Source: an uncultured Bacilli bacterium (lineage in GTDB: Bacteria > Bacillota_I > Bacilli_A > RF39 > UBA660). Taken from it: a stretch of 64,000 nucleotides of DNA. Shown here piece by piece: positions 20,745-30,410 of this stretch. The translations under genes and the position numbers were made by a program. The notes beneath the pieces are model-generated. The model was not told where the DNA came from, did no database searches, and worked only from the letters and a program-made list of their open reading frames with translations. Position 1 is the stretch's first letter; each line of letters begins with the position of its first letter. The stretch covers positions 132,501 to 196,500 of the forward strand of contig CAKOOJ010000002.1 of the NCBI GenBank assembly GCA_934098385.1. Reading direction: 5' to 3'.

Positions 20745-21491
20745 ATGTTTACTGATACACATTGTCATATATATGAAGAATATTATGATGTTGATGATAT
20801 AATGAAAAAAATTAATTCTAGTAATGTTAATAGGGTTATAAATAACGCATGTGATTTTAAAACTTCTTTAGAAGTATTAGATTTATCAAAAATGTATTCT
20901 AATATGTATTGTGCTATTGGATTGCATCCAGAAAATGATTTAGATGAGATAGATAATGTTATGGCTTTGATTATAAAAAATAAAGATAATCCTAATATGG
21001 TTGCAATAGGTGAAATTGGTTTAGATTATTATTATACTAAAGAGAATAAGGAAGAACAGATTGAAATTTTGTGTAAACAATTGGAACTTGCTGAGAAATT
21101 TAACTTACCTGTTATAATTCATTCTAGGGAAGCAACTGGAGATATGCTTAGTATTTTAAAAAAATATGATGTAAAAGGTATTATACATTGTTTTAACGGA
21201 AGTGTAGAAGTTGCTAGGGAATATATTAAATTAGGATATAAGCTTGGTATTAATGGTGTAATTACTTTTAAAAATTGTAAATTAATTGATGTCATTAAAA
21301 CTATTGGTGTAGATAATGTTGTATTTGAAACTGATAGTCCTTACTTAGCACCAGTTCCTTTTAGAGGTGAAGAAAATAATCCTACCCATGTTATTGATAT
21401 TGTTGATTTTGTATCAAGTAATACTGGGGTTAGTGTGAAAGATTTGGCAAATATTTCTAATAAAAATATAAAGTATATTTTTGACATATAG
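20745..21491 (+). CDS. TatD-family metal-dependent DNase/hydrolase
   Basis: MFTDTHCH start motif, GEIGLDYYY, IHSREA, ETDSPYLAP. ATG at 20745 after GGTGA. Confidence 0.9.
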   Translation: MFTDTHCHIYEEYYDVDDIMKKINSSNVNRVINNACDFKTSLEVLDLSKMYSNMYCAIGLHPENDLDEIDNVMALIIKNKDNPNMVAIGEIGLDYYYTKENKEEQIEILCKQLELAEKFNLPVIIHSREATGDMLSILKKYDVKGIIHCFNGSVEVAREYIKLGYKLGINGVITFKNCKLIDVIKTIGVDNVVFETDSPYLAPVPFRGEENNPTHVIDIVDFVSSNTGVSVKDLANISNKNIKYIFDI

Positions 21492-21535
21492 TGTTAATTT
21501 TGATATATTATTTATAACCTATGAGGTGATATATT

Positions 21536-22063
21536 TTGAAATTTATAGGAAAAAGTTTAAAATTATTAATAATATTTGTTTTTGTTTTTTCCTTAGTTAA
21601 AGTTAATGTTGAAAAAGATAATGGTATTGTTTTTAATGACAATAAGAATAAAGTGTTAGATTTAACTGCAATGGCAATAAAGATGGAAGAAATAAGAATG
21701 AATGATTTATATTATCCTAAAGATACTTATGTTGGATATTTAACAGGTTATACAGCTGATTGTCCTTTATGTGGAGGTACTTTAGGTTGTACTGGGCAAA
21801 ATGTTTTAGATGGAACAACTACATATAGTGATAAAGATTATGGAACTGTAAGAATTATGGCTTCAAGTCAAAGTTTATCTTGTGGTTCTATTGTTAGATT
21901 TGATAATAATGGAGAAAAAACTGTTGCGATTGTTCTTGATAGAGGTGTGACGGGTACTAATTTGGATTTATTAGTAAGTGCAACTAGTGATGCATATGGT
22001 ATAGGAAGAAAGTACATATCTTATGATGTATTAAGATATGGTTGGTCAAGAAGTAATTCTTGA
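21536..22063 (+). CDS. Secreted 3D/DPBB-fold domain protein (YabE-like C-terminal domain)
   Basis: Signal/TM segment, then YLTGYTADCPLCGG...VAIVLDRG...LDLL resembling 3D (MltA-like) domains. Occupies the yabE position between tatD and rsmA. Confidence 0.55.
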   Translation: MKFIGKSLKLLIIFVFVFSLVKVNVEKDNGIVFNDNKNKVLDLTAMAIKMEEIRMNDLYYPKDTYVGYLTGYTADCPLCGGTLGCTGQNVLDGTTTYSDKDYGTVRIMASSQSLSCGSIVRFDNNGEKTVAIVLDRGVTGTNLDLLVSATSDAYGIGRKYISYDVLRYGWSRSNS

Positions 22064-22084
22064 TTTTTTAAAAAGAGGTAATAT

Positions 22085-22861
22085 ATGATTAAACATGATT
22101 TTAAGAAGAAATATGGACAAAATTTTTTAAATAACAATAAAATACTTGATGATATATCTAATAGTTTTTGTATGGAAGATAATAGTATGATTGTTGAAGT
22201 TGGTGCTGGCAGTGGAGTATTAACAAAAAGACTTATTACAAAAAATGTACCTGTTATTTCTTTTGAAATAGATGAGAGTTTAAAAGAATATTTAAATAAA
22301 ATATCTAGTGATAATTTAAATGTTGTTTATAAGGATTTTTTAAGTATAAGTTTAAAAGATTATTTAGATAGTGATAAGCATATTTATTTTGTTGCCAATG
22401 TTCCTTATTATATTACAACTCCTATTATATCTAAATTTATAGATGAAAATATTATTCCAGATGTTATGGTTATGATGGTTCAAAAAGAAGTTGCAGAGCG
22501 ATTAAGTGCTAAAGTTGGTACAAAAAATTATGGTGCAATAAGTGCTATATTGAACTATTATTATGATGTTGAATATTTATTTACTGTCGATAGAAATAAT
22601 TTTTATCCAGTTCCTAACGTAGATAGTGCTGTTATAAGATTTACTAAAAGAAAAGTTTTGTTAGATTTAGTTAGTTTTTCTAAATATAAAAAGTTTATTA
22701 ATGATGCTTTTATGCAAAAAAGAAAAAATTTAAAAAATAATTTAAAGAATTATGATTTAGAAAAAATAGAATGTATATTAAAAAAATATAATTTAGATTT
22801 AACTAATAGAGCAGAAGATGTTGATTATAAAATATTTGTTGAGATTGTAAATAATTTATAA
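22085..22861 (+). CDS. rsmA: 16S rRNA (adenine1518/1519-N6)-dimethyltransferase
   Basis: KKKYGQNFL, VEVGAGSGVLT, ANVPYYITTPI motifs. Confidence 0.94.
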   Translation: MIKHDFKKKYGQNFLNNNKILDDISNSFCMEDNSMIVEVGAGSGVLTKRLITKNVPVISFEIDESLKEYLNKISSDNLNVVYKDFLSISLKDYLDSDKHIYFVANVPYYITTPIISKFIDENIIPDVMVMMVQKEVAERLSAKVGTKNYGAISAILNYYYDVEYLFTVDRNNFYPVPNVDSAVIRFTKRKVLLDLVSFSKYKKFINDAFMQKRKNLKNNLKNYDLEKIECILKKYNLDLTNRAEDVDYKIFVEIVNNL

Positions 22862-22917
22862 TTAATAATATTTGTTCTTTTTTTTATTATTTTTTATATA
22901 TTTAATTAGGTGATATA

Positions 22918-23691
22918 ATGGAGTTTAATGTTGGTGACTATGTTACTAGAAACAGCTACAACAATGATACTATTTTTGAAATAGTTGATTTTAAAGATGA
23001 TTTAGTTATATTAAAGGGTGTAGATATTAGATTGTTTGCGGATGCTAAAGTTGATGATTTAGTAAAATGTGATTATCAAAATAAAGATGAAGAATTTGTA
23101 AGAAATATTATTGTTAGAGATAATATGGATAGAAGTGAGTATTTTTATTTGCCTGCTAAAATATTACATATTGATGGAGATAGAGATTATTTAAATCGTT
23201 GTTTAGAGTTTTATAAAAAAGCAAATGTATTTGCAGTTGGTGAATATGTTAACGAAAATGATATTGGTAATATAACATTAAAATTATTAAAAAAGTATAA
23301 ACCAGATATTTTGATTGTGACAGGACATGATTCAATAAACAAATCAAAAGATGTTAATAATATAAATAATTATAAAAATTCTAAAAATTTTGTTAATGCT
23401 GTATATAAGGCAAGAGAATATGAGAAAAGTCATGAAAAGTTAGTTATTATTGCAGGTGCTTGTCAAAGTGATTATGAAGCTCTTATTAAGGCTGGCGCTA
23501 ATTTTGCATCCAGTCCTAAACGTATTAATATCCATGCTTTAGACCCTGCTATTATTGCAATTAATTTAGCTCTTACTGAAAAAGATAAAGATATTAATTT
23601 AATTGATTTATTATCTAAAACTAAATATGGTAAAGATGGAATTGGTGGGTTAAAATCAAAAGGTATGATGTATGTAGGTTATCCTAGATAA
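22918..23691 (+). CDS. yabG: Sporulation-specific protease YabG
   Basis: ILHIDGDRDYL, DILIVTGHD, IIAGACQSDYEALIKAGANFASSPKRINIHALDP, hallmarks of peptidase U57/YabG; follows rsmA as in B. subtilis. Confidence 0.88.
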   Translation: MEFNVGDYVTRNSYNNDTIFEIVDFKDDLVILKGVDIRLFADAKVDDLVKCDYQNKDEEFVRNIIVRDNMDRSEYFYLPAKILHIDGDRDYLNRCLEFYKKANVFAVGEYVNENDIGNITLKLLKKYKPDILIVTGHDSINKSKDVNNINNYKNSKNFVNAVYKAREYEKSHEKLVIIAGACQSDYEALIKAGANFASSPKRINIHALDPAIIAINLALTEKDKDINLIDLLSKTKYGKDGIGGLKSKGMMYVGYPR

Positions 23692-23788
23692 AATAATAGA
23701 AATGCTAGACAAAATGCTTGCAATTAAGAAATATTTATAATAAAATGTAGTTAGAGTTTATAAAACTTGAAAGGAGTGCATGTTAATT

Positions 23789-24046
23789 ATGAAAATAACA
23801 TCTGTAAATGTAAAAAAAGTTGAAAAAGAAGGCTCTAGAATGAAAGGTAAAGCATCTATTTTATTAGATGACTCATTTGCTGTTCATGATATTAGAATAA
23901 TAGAAGGAGATAACGGTTTATTTATAGCTATGCCTAGTAGAAAAACTGCTACTGGTGAATATAAAGATATAGCTCATCCAATTAACTCTGATGCTAGAAA
24001 AATGTTTGAAGATGCTATAATTGATGCTTATAATAAAGCTGAATAA
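23789..24046 (+). CDS. spoVG: Septation/sporulation regulator SpoVG
   Basis: MKITSVNVKKVEKEGSRMKGKASILLDDSFAVHDIRIIEGDNGLFIAMPSRKT..GEYKDIAHPINS is near-collinear with SpoVG. An alternative ATG is at 23780. Confidence 0.93.
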   Translation: MKITSVNVKKVEKEGSRMKGKASILLDDSFAVHDIRIIEGDNGLFIAMPSRKTATGEYKDIAHPINSDARKMFEDAIIDAYNKAE

Positions 24047-24052
24047 TAAAAT

Positions 24053-24076
24053 TGACCTGTAATTGGTCTTTTTTTT
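24053..24076 (+). terminator. Intrinsic terminator after spoVG
   Basis: TGACC-TGTAAT-TGGTC hairpin followed by TTTTTTTT. Confidence 0.6.
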
Positions 24077-24109
24077 ATATAATTTTATATATTTAATTAG
24101 GTGATATTA

Positions 24110-24397
24110 ATGGAAAATAGTTTTGATAGTAATGTAATTAGTCATAGTATTAAAATATTGGAACGTAGTAATATATTTATTAATGGTACTAAGAAAGTAC
24201 ATAATTTTAATGAAAATGAGTTTCATATTAATACTGTTATGGGTAATTTAGTCATTAAAGGTAGTAATTTAGAATTAATAAAATTAGATACTAATGATGG
24301 TAATATATGTATAAAGGGTAAAATTAATAGTGTTAATTATTTAGATGGTATTGATGGAGAAAAAGATGACGGATTCTTTAGCAAATTATTTAAATGA
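24110..24397 (+). CDS. yabP: Sporulation protein YabP
   Basis: H..I..R..I.I.G V..V..F...EI...T..G.L.IKG..L pattern of YabP; upstream of a yabQ-like gene with ATGA overlap. Confidence 0.8.
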   Translation: MENSFDSNVISHSIKILERSNIFINGTKKVHNFNENEFHINTVMGNLVIKGSNLELIKLDTNDGNICIKGKINSVNYLDGIDGEKDDGFFSKLFK

Positions 24398-24615
24398 AAA
24401 TATTTGTTAATATATTAATTACGTTTTTATATTGGTTTTTATTATTTTATTTGATAAAAAAGATAACGTTTAGCAATGTTTTGAAATATATTTTATTGAT
24501 TTTGTCTTTTGCTGGTTATATAACTTTATATTATTTTTATTATGATGGTAGTTTTAATATTTATAATTATATTATTATTATATTTACATTTATTTACATG
24601 TTTATATATAAATAA
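24394..24615 (+). CDS. yabQ: Spore cortex biosynthesis membrane protein YabQ-like
   Basis: 73-aa polytopic hydrophobic protein translationally coupled to yabP; assigned mainly from conserved yabP-yabQ-divIC order. Confidence 0.55.
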   Translation: MKIFVNILITFLYWFLLFYLIKKITFSNVLKYILLILSFAGYITLYYFYYDGSFNIYNYIIIIFTFIYMFIYK

Positions 24616-24663
24616 TTTAATTATTTTTTAATTTTGTGGTATTATTATTATGGTGGAAAGTAT

Positions 24664-24963
24664 ATGAAAAGAAATGTTAATAAAGGTGCTAAAAGAAGAA
24701 TGTTTTTATGGTTTTCTATTTTTGTTTTATTGATATCTTATATGTCTTATACTACAATTACGTATTGGAAAGAGATTATGAAAAACAAAAGAGAAAAGAA
24801 AGATTTAGAAACTAAGTATAGTAAATTATTATCTGATAAAGAAGTACTTGAAACTGATGTAAAAAAGTTACAGGACCCAGATTATGTTGCTAAATATGCT
24901 AGAGAAAAATATTTATATAGTAAAGATGGAGAGCTTATTATTAAGATAGTTGATAATGATTAA
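24664..24963 (+). CDS. divIC: Septum formation initiator DivIC/FtsB family
   Basis: Basic N-terminus, single TM, coiled coil (LETKYSKLLSDKEVLETDVKKLQDPDYVAKYAREKY; the DP.Y.E..AR motif); position after yabQ. ATG at 24664 after GGTGGAAAG. Confidence 0.7.
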   Translation: MKRNVNKGAKRRMFLWFSIFVLLISYMSYTTITYWKEIMKNKREKKDLETKYSKLLSDKEVLETDVKKLQDPDYVAKYAREKYLYSKDGELIIKIVDND

Positions 24964-24986
24964 TAAATGTGATATATTATATTCAT

Positions 24987-25343
24987 GGGGTCGTAATGGT
25001 TTCGACAGGATATGTTTCTATCTAACTGCAAGTGGTGTGCTATTCCTTAATTAGCAACCAGTTTAAATTAACTGACAAAACATTTAATAATAACGCTTTA
25101 GCATTTGCCTAATTTGGCAATAAAGCACTTTAATCTTATTTGCTTATAGGTTTGATTAGGGTTCATATATATAAGATATATCAATTGTTTTGTTTAGGAT
25201 AATTGATGAATATTTATAAACTATATTAATAAATAGGATTGTTAGACTCTTTTTTATTAATGAATAATTTGTTCTAACTAAACTTGTAGATGTTGGATAA
25301 GAAAGTATTTTGGACGTGAGTTCAATTCTCACCGGCTCCACCA
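24987..25343 (+). ncRNA. ssrA: tmRNA (SsrA)
   Basis: 5' GGGGTCGTAATGGTTTCGACAGG and 3' GGACGTGAGTTCAATTCTCACCGGCTCCACCA form the tRNA-like domain. Tag reading frame 25074-25112 is GAC AAA ACA TTT AAT AAT AAC GCT TTA GCA TTT GCC TAA, giving (A)DKTFNNNALAFA. Track ORF 25156-25362(-) lies inside it and is spurious. Confidence 0.93.
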
Positions 25344-25516
25344 AATTAATGAATAAACTCATTTTATGAGTGTGATATATTGACTAACAGAAATGTTGGT
25401 TTTTTTGTTTTTAAATTTAATTAAGAAATTATTTTTTGTTGTATTTATACTTTGAATTATAATATAATTTAATTGTGACATTTAATGAAAAAATATAATA
25501 TATTTTTATTTTAGAA

Positions 25517-27001
25517 GTGGTGATTAAAGTGCTAAATCTTAGAGAAATTGATATAAAAAATACGTATAATCCTAATTTAGATGATAAAAGAGAATCCTAT
25601 AAACGAACTTATGGAGAGGCTAATGAATTTTATGATGAGATAGTTCTCTATTTAAATAATTTAAGTACTAAAATAAATATTCTTTCTCCTAAACAAATAT
25701 ATGATTCTTGCAGTGCAGTTGCTTCTGATTTGGCTAAGTGTTGTGAAATGTATTTAAAAGCTTTGTATATATATGAGAATAAATTAAACTATAATAGTGT
25801 AAAAGATATTTGGAATGTTTTAAAAAACTCTTCTTTTAAAGTAGATAAAAATGGTAATCCTATTTATTTTTTAGAAGAAGATGGAACTAAAAAATACACT
25901 TATATAAAAGTTGATAATAATGGTAATAAAGAAACTGATTTAAGTGGTAATAATATATATGTTGATGATAATGGAAATATTTACAAAGAAGGTAAACAAG
26001 GTAGAAAAATAAAAATGAATGGTCATCAATTAGATAGATTGATAGATATATTGTCTAATGATACTAAAATGTTATTAGAGGTGAGAATGTGTACGATACC
26101 CATGGAAAATACAGAGTTTTATAATCAAGTATCATTATTTGATGTCTTAAAGATATGTAATATTATTTTTCCTAGAAGAAAAATGTATCAAACTGAGTAT
26201 TTAGATTGGGTTGATAAACATAAAAAAACTTTTGAAGATGCTAGATATTCTGGTCAAAATGTATCTAATGTTAATTTAGAATTCTTATTTCATTTAGCTA
26301 CTCAAATAAAGAGTGTTTCTCAGTTTAAAATAAATCCAACAAATACACAAGATTTTAATATTGTTGTTGATGGAGATTTATTAATTAAACAAGGAGAATT
26401 TGATATTGGAAAAATATTAGTAAAATTACAACAAGATGTTACTAATTCTTTAAAATATGACAAGGTTAGAGAAGTAACTTATAATACTTTAAGCGAAGAT
26501 GAATTTAAATCAATGCCAAATGAATTACAGAAATTTTTCTCTTTTGATTTAAGATTACTTTCAGATGAATTGATAGAATTGGTTAAAAATGATAAAGAGG
26601 TTGAAGATAAAATATCTTTTATAAATATGCATAATTGTAAAAGTATTTTAAGAGAAGTTAGTAATAGTACGTTTTATAATCTAGTAAAATGTTGTGATAT
26701 AAAAGAAATTGATTACATTTTAAAATTATGCTATGACGTAAATAGAATATATTATCCTAGTAAAATTGATGATAATGTTGGGAATGATGAATATATTAAA
26801 AATATTGTAAGTTTTTTTAGAATATTTACTTTTAGTATAGATGATATTATTAATTATTCTATTTCTATAAAAAATAAATATAATTTTGAAATTAGTAGTG
26901 ATATGTATATGGTTTTTGCTGATTTTATGGATGCTATTAAATATTATTATGCTGAAATTGATAAAAAATTAGTAGAAGAAAGTGATATGATAGTGTTATA
27001 A
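25517..27001 (+). CDS. Hypothetical 494-aa protein with N-terminal HEPN-like domain (by-eye motif match)
   Basis: AKCCEMYLKALYIY helix, then GRKIKMNGHQLDRLIDIL (Rx6H followed by the H.L..L helix), then TFEDARYSG (HEPN aRY helix). Between them is an insert with three (V)D.NGN repeats. The start may be GTG at 25529. Confidence 0.4.
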   Translation: MVIKVLNLREIDIKNTYNPNLDDKRESYKRTYGEANEFYDEIVLYLNNLSTKINILSPKQIYDSCSAVASDLAKCCEMYLKALYIYENKLNYNSVKDIWNVLKNSSFKVDKNGNPIYFLEEDGTKKYTYIKVDNNGNKETDLSGNNIYVDDNGNIYKEGKQGRKIKMNGHQLDRLIDILSNDTKMLLEVRMCTIPMENTEFYNQVSLFDVLKICNIIFPRRKMYQTEYLDWVDKHKKTFEDARYSGQNVSNVNLEFLFHLATQIKSVSQFKINPTNTQDFNIVVDGDLLIKQGEFDIGKILVKLQQDVTNSLKYDKVREVTYNTLSEDEFKSMPNELQKFFSFDLRLLSDELIELVKNDKEVEDKISFINMHNCKSILREVSNSTFYNLVKCCDIKEIDYILKLCYDVNRIYYPSKIDDNVGNDEYIKNIVSFFRIFTFSIDDIINYSISIKNKYNFEISSDMYMVFADFMDAIKYYYAEIDKKLVEESDMIVL

Positions 27002-27083
27002 TTTAAAAAAATAATGCTTTTTTTCTTACAATAATTTACATTATTTTTAATTAATGGTACAATTTATTTAGGAGGTTATTGAG

Positions 27084-27896
27084 ATGGAAGAAAAGAAAAA
27101 AGTTAATTATGGTTTAATTATATTTATAGCAATAGTTGTTGTGTTATTTATACCTATCATTGTAGATTATGTTGGTAAACAAAATATAAGTGTTTTATCA
27201 AGCAAAGATATTACTGAAAAAATGAATGCTAAAGAATCATTTATAGTTTATATAGGTGATGCTGATAAATCAACAAAGAGTGGTTTAAGAAGTGTTAGAG
27301 ATTTAGCTAAGACAGATTATGCAATAGATTATAGTGTTTATACTGTTAAATCTAGTGATGATGTTAAAAAAACTTTAGGGGATAAAGTGGAAGTTGCTGT
27401 GATTGTTGAAGGTGATATTCAAAAAACTTATGCTAAATATGATGAAAAAAATATTACTAATGATGCAAATATTTATTATTTAGGAAATATTACTGATAAA
27501 AATAGAACTTATAAGGTTGCTGAAAATTTTAAAGCTTATAAAAAATTAGTAAAAAGTGACAAAACTACTATGGCTGTATTTGGTAGAGATAATTGTTTCT
27601 ATTGTAATAAATTTAAGCCAGTATATAATGCTGTTAGTGAAAAATATAATGTAGATATTTATTTCTTTGATTCATTAAGTTATGATGAAACTGAATATGA
27701 AAAAATAACTAATATGGACTTAACTGTTCCTGCTAAATGCAGTAGTGAAGGTAAAGAATATAAATTATCTGATGGATTTGGTACTCCATTAACGTTATTT
27801 ACTAAAAAAGGTAAAGTTGTTGATTGTATAAGTGGATATGTTAATAGAAGTTCATTAATAGATAAATTAAAAACAAATAATATGATAAGCGAGTGA
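27084..27896 (+). CDS. Membrane-anchored thioredoxin-fold protein (one degenerate and one CxxC-containing Trx-like domain)
   Basis: N-terminal TM; C-terminal domain has AVFGRDNCFYCNKFKP (CxxC); RBS GGAGG. Confidence 0.6.
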   Translation: MEEKKKVNYGLIIFIAIVVVLFIPIIVDYVGKQNISVLSSKDITEKMNAKESFIVYIGDADKSTKSGLRSVRDLAKTDYAIDYSVYTVKSSDDVKKTLGDKVEVAVIVEGDIQKTYAKYDEKNITNDANIYYLGNITDKNRTYKVAENFKAYKKLVKSDKTTMAVFGRDNCFYCNKFKPVYNAVSEKYNVDIYFFDSLSYDETEYEKITNMDLTVPAKCSSEGKEYKLSDGFGTPLTLFTKKGKVVDCISGYVNRSSLIDKLKTNNMISE

Positions 27897-28363
27897 TGAG
27901 TATGTCAAAAGATAAAACTGTATTACAATGTGTATTAGAATTTAAGAAAAGATATCCTAGTACTATAATGTGGAGAGTTAGAAAACATTGTGCTGTTATA
28001 GAAAAACATTTAAATCCTGGAGAAAGAGTTTTATATGCTTTTGCAGCACAAAAAAATGATATTGCAACTCAAATATTTGATACAGCTGTATTGTGCGTTA
28101 CAAGTGATAGATTGTTGATAGCACAAGATCAAATATTATATGGCTATACATTAAATTCAATTACTCCTGAAATGTATAATGATTTACAAATATTTTCTGG
28201 GATATTTTGGGGTAAAATATGTATTGATACAGTTAAAGAAGTGATGTATTTTTCAAACTTTTCTAAAAAAGCATTACCAGAAGTACAAAGCGTAATATCT
28301 ATGTACATGATGGAAGCTAAGAAAATGTATCCTGATAAAGATAAAATTAGTTCTAGTAAGTAG
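27893..28363 (+). CDS. Bacterial PH-domain (YokE-like) protein
   Basis: LNPGERVLYAFAA......VLCVTSDRLLIAQ pattern typical of bPH/YokE-like domains; start overlaps the upstream stop. Confidence 0.45.
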   Translation: MMSMSKDKTVLQCVLEFKKRYPSTIMWRVRKHCAVIEKHLNPGERVLYAFAAQKNDIATQIFDTAVLCVTSDRLLIAQDQILYGYTLNSITPEMYNDLQIFSGIFWGKICIDTVKEVMYFSNFSKKALPEVQSVISMYMMEAKKMYPDKDKISSSK

Positions 28364-28408
28364 AACTTTTTTTATGTTTTGTAATATATTATTATAGGTG
28401 AATAAATT

Positions 28409-28711
28409 ATGAATAATGAATTATATGATACTTATATTATAAAAAAAGGAGACACATTATATGGTATTGGTAAAAAATATAATATAAATCCAGAATTATT
28501 GAGTTTAGTAAATGGGTTAAAGATGGAAGATTATATATATGAAAATCAAGAAATAATGATACCTAAATCAGGATATAGTTATTATTTAACTAAAAGTGGA
28601 GATAATTTAAATGATATATTAGATTTATTTAATGTTGATTATAGAGAATTTAATAAAGTTAATAATAGAATATTATTAGAAGAAGGACAATTATTTGCAT
28701 ATAAAAGATAG
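28409..28711 (+). CDS. Small protein with two LysM domains
   Basis: YIIKKGDTLYGIGKKYNINPELLSLVNGL and YYLTKSGDNLNDILDLFNVDYREFNKVN are LysM repeats. Confidence 0.8.
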   Translation: MNNELYDTYIIKKGDTLYGIGKKYNINPELLSLVNGLKMEDYIYENQEIMIPKSGYSYYLTKSGDNLNDILDLFNVDYREFNKVNNRILLEEGQLFAYKR

Positions 28712-28763
28712 AATTATATCTTTTTTTTTGTTATACTTTATTTAGTATAGGATAGGTGATTAT

Positions 28764-30326
28764 ATGGTATTTAAGAAACCTTATGCATTTTTTATTAAAT
28801 ATTTTAGATTAATTAATTTAATATTAAGTTTATTGCTTATTTTTATAACTTATAAATTAAATTTATTAAGACAAGTAGTTAATAATATATATTTAGGTAA
28901 AGTAGTTAATTATAGTACATTAAAGAGTGATTATATTGGTTTTAGAATGTATTTATTATTATTTATAGTAATAGCTATATTAGTAAGTATAATATTATTA
29001 TTTATAAAAAAGAAGAAACCATTATATGATTATTTATATTGTGTTATATATTTAGTGTTTGTTTTTATATATTTAATAAGTGTTAGTAATTTATTTTTAA
29101 CTTTAGATGAAAGTATAGTAGAGATAACTACTTTGAAACTTTATACTGATATATCTTTTCTTATAATGATTCCAATGATATATTTTTTAATTAAATATAT
29201 TATGATAGTTATTGGTTTTAATTTAAAAAAATTTAATTTTAGTAAAGATATTATTGAACTTAAACAAGATGAAAAGGATAATGAAGAGGTAGAAGTAATA
29301 TTTGATAAGAATACTTATAAATATAAAAGAGGTATAAGAAGATGGTTTAGAGAGTTTAGATATTATTATTTAGAAAATAAATTTTTGATAAATATAATAT
29401 TATGTGTAGTAGTTGGTATTGCTTTTATAAGTATATTTAGTGTTAATATGTTTAACTCTAATAGAGTTAGTGTTGGTAGAAGTTTTAATGCTGGTACATT
29501 TAATTATAAAGTTGGTAATGTTTATGAAACAGAATATGATTTAAATTATAATATTATTAAAAAAGATAAAAAATATGTAGTAGCTAATGTTAGTGTTAAA
29601 AATAATATTCAAGAATCTAGTAGTATTGATTTTAAAAGAATAAGATTGATGTATGGTAAGGAATATGTTTACGCTACTAATTATTTTAATAAATATTTTT
29701 ATGATTTAGGTACTCCATATAATAATGATGTTATAAAATATGGTAATGTATATAAATATATTTTAATTTTTGAGGTACCTAATACTTACAAATCAAATAA
29801 ATATACTATAAAATTTTATGATAAGATTGAATATAGTAAAGAAGGAAGTAAAGGTTCTTATAAAGAAGTTAAAGTTAGTGCTAAAAGAATAAATGAAGAA
29901 AGAAATGAGTTGTTTTTAAAATTAAATGAGAATTCTATGTTTGATAAAAGAAGTTATGGCAGTAGTAATATTACTATAAGTGGTTTTGATATTAAATCTA
30001 CTTATGTTTATAAAGATAATGACAAGAGTGTTGTTATAAGAGATAAAAATATTAATAATGTTTTACTTATTTTAGATTATAAATTGGAACTAGATAGTAA
30101 AAAAGATATTAGTAAATATTTTAAAGATGATAAAGAATTTTTTGATAAGTTTATAACTGTTAGCTACAAATATAATGATAAAAATAAAAATTATAAAGAT
30201 GTTAAAGCTGTTGGAAATGTCAATGGTAAAATAATGTTATCTGTTCCATATGAAGTTATGAATGCAAGTAATATAAGAGTAAATATTGAATTTAGAGATG
30301 TTAAACTCGTTTATGAATTAAAATAA
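28764..30326 (+). CDS. Polytopic membrane protein with large C-terminal extracytoplasmic beta-rich domain (DUF4352-like?)
   Basis: About five N-terminal TM segments, one more TM near residue 205, then a Y/N/K-rich domain with the VVANVSVKNN...IDF..IRL pattern. No enzymatic motif seen. Confidence 0.4.
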   Translation: MVFKKPYAFFIKYFRLINLILSLLLIFITYKLNLLRQVVNNIYLGKVVNYSTLKSDYIGFRMYLLLFIVIAILVSIILLFIKKKKPLYDYLYCVIYLVFVFIYLISVSNLFLTLDESIVEITTLKLYTDISFLIMIPMIYFLIKYIMIVIGFNLKKFNFSKDIIELKQDEKDNEEVEVIFDKNTYKYKRGIRRWFREFRYYYLENKFLINIILCVVVGIAFISIFSVNMFNSNRVSVGRSFNAGTFNYKVGNVYETEYDLNYNIIKKDKKYVVANVSVKNNIQESSSIDFKRIRLMYGKEYVYATNYFNKYFYDLGTPYNNDVIKYGNVYKYILIFEVPNTYKSNKYTIKFYDKIEYSKEGSKGSYKEVKVSAKRINEERNELFLKLNENSMFDKRSYGSSNITISGFDIKSTYVYKDNDKSVVIRDKNINNVLLILDYKLELDSKKDISKYFKDDKEFFDKFITVSYKYNDKNKNYKDVKAVGNVNGKIMLSVPYEVMNASNIRVNIEFRDVKLVYELK

Positions 30327-30327
30327 A

Positions 30328-30361
30328 AAGTTCAAATTGTGTATTTTGAACTTTTTTTTTG
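30328..30361 (+). terminator. Intrinsic terminator
   Basis: GTTCAAA-TTGTGTAT-TTTGAAC hairpin followed by a T10 run. Confidence 0.8.
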
Positions 30362-30392
30362 CATAATAAATTTAAAAATACATTTATTAAAT

Positions 30393-30410
30393 AAAAACCC
30401 CTTAATGGGG
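30393..30410 (-). terminator. Intrinsic terminator of tRNA-Cys transcript
   Basis: Minus strand reads CCCC-ATTAA-GGGG followed by TTTTT immediately after the tRNA 3' end. Confidence 0.6.

Noticed and set aside
25156-25362. 68-aa minus-strand ORF
   Set aside because: It lies entirely within the tmRNA gene.
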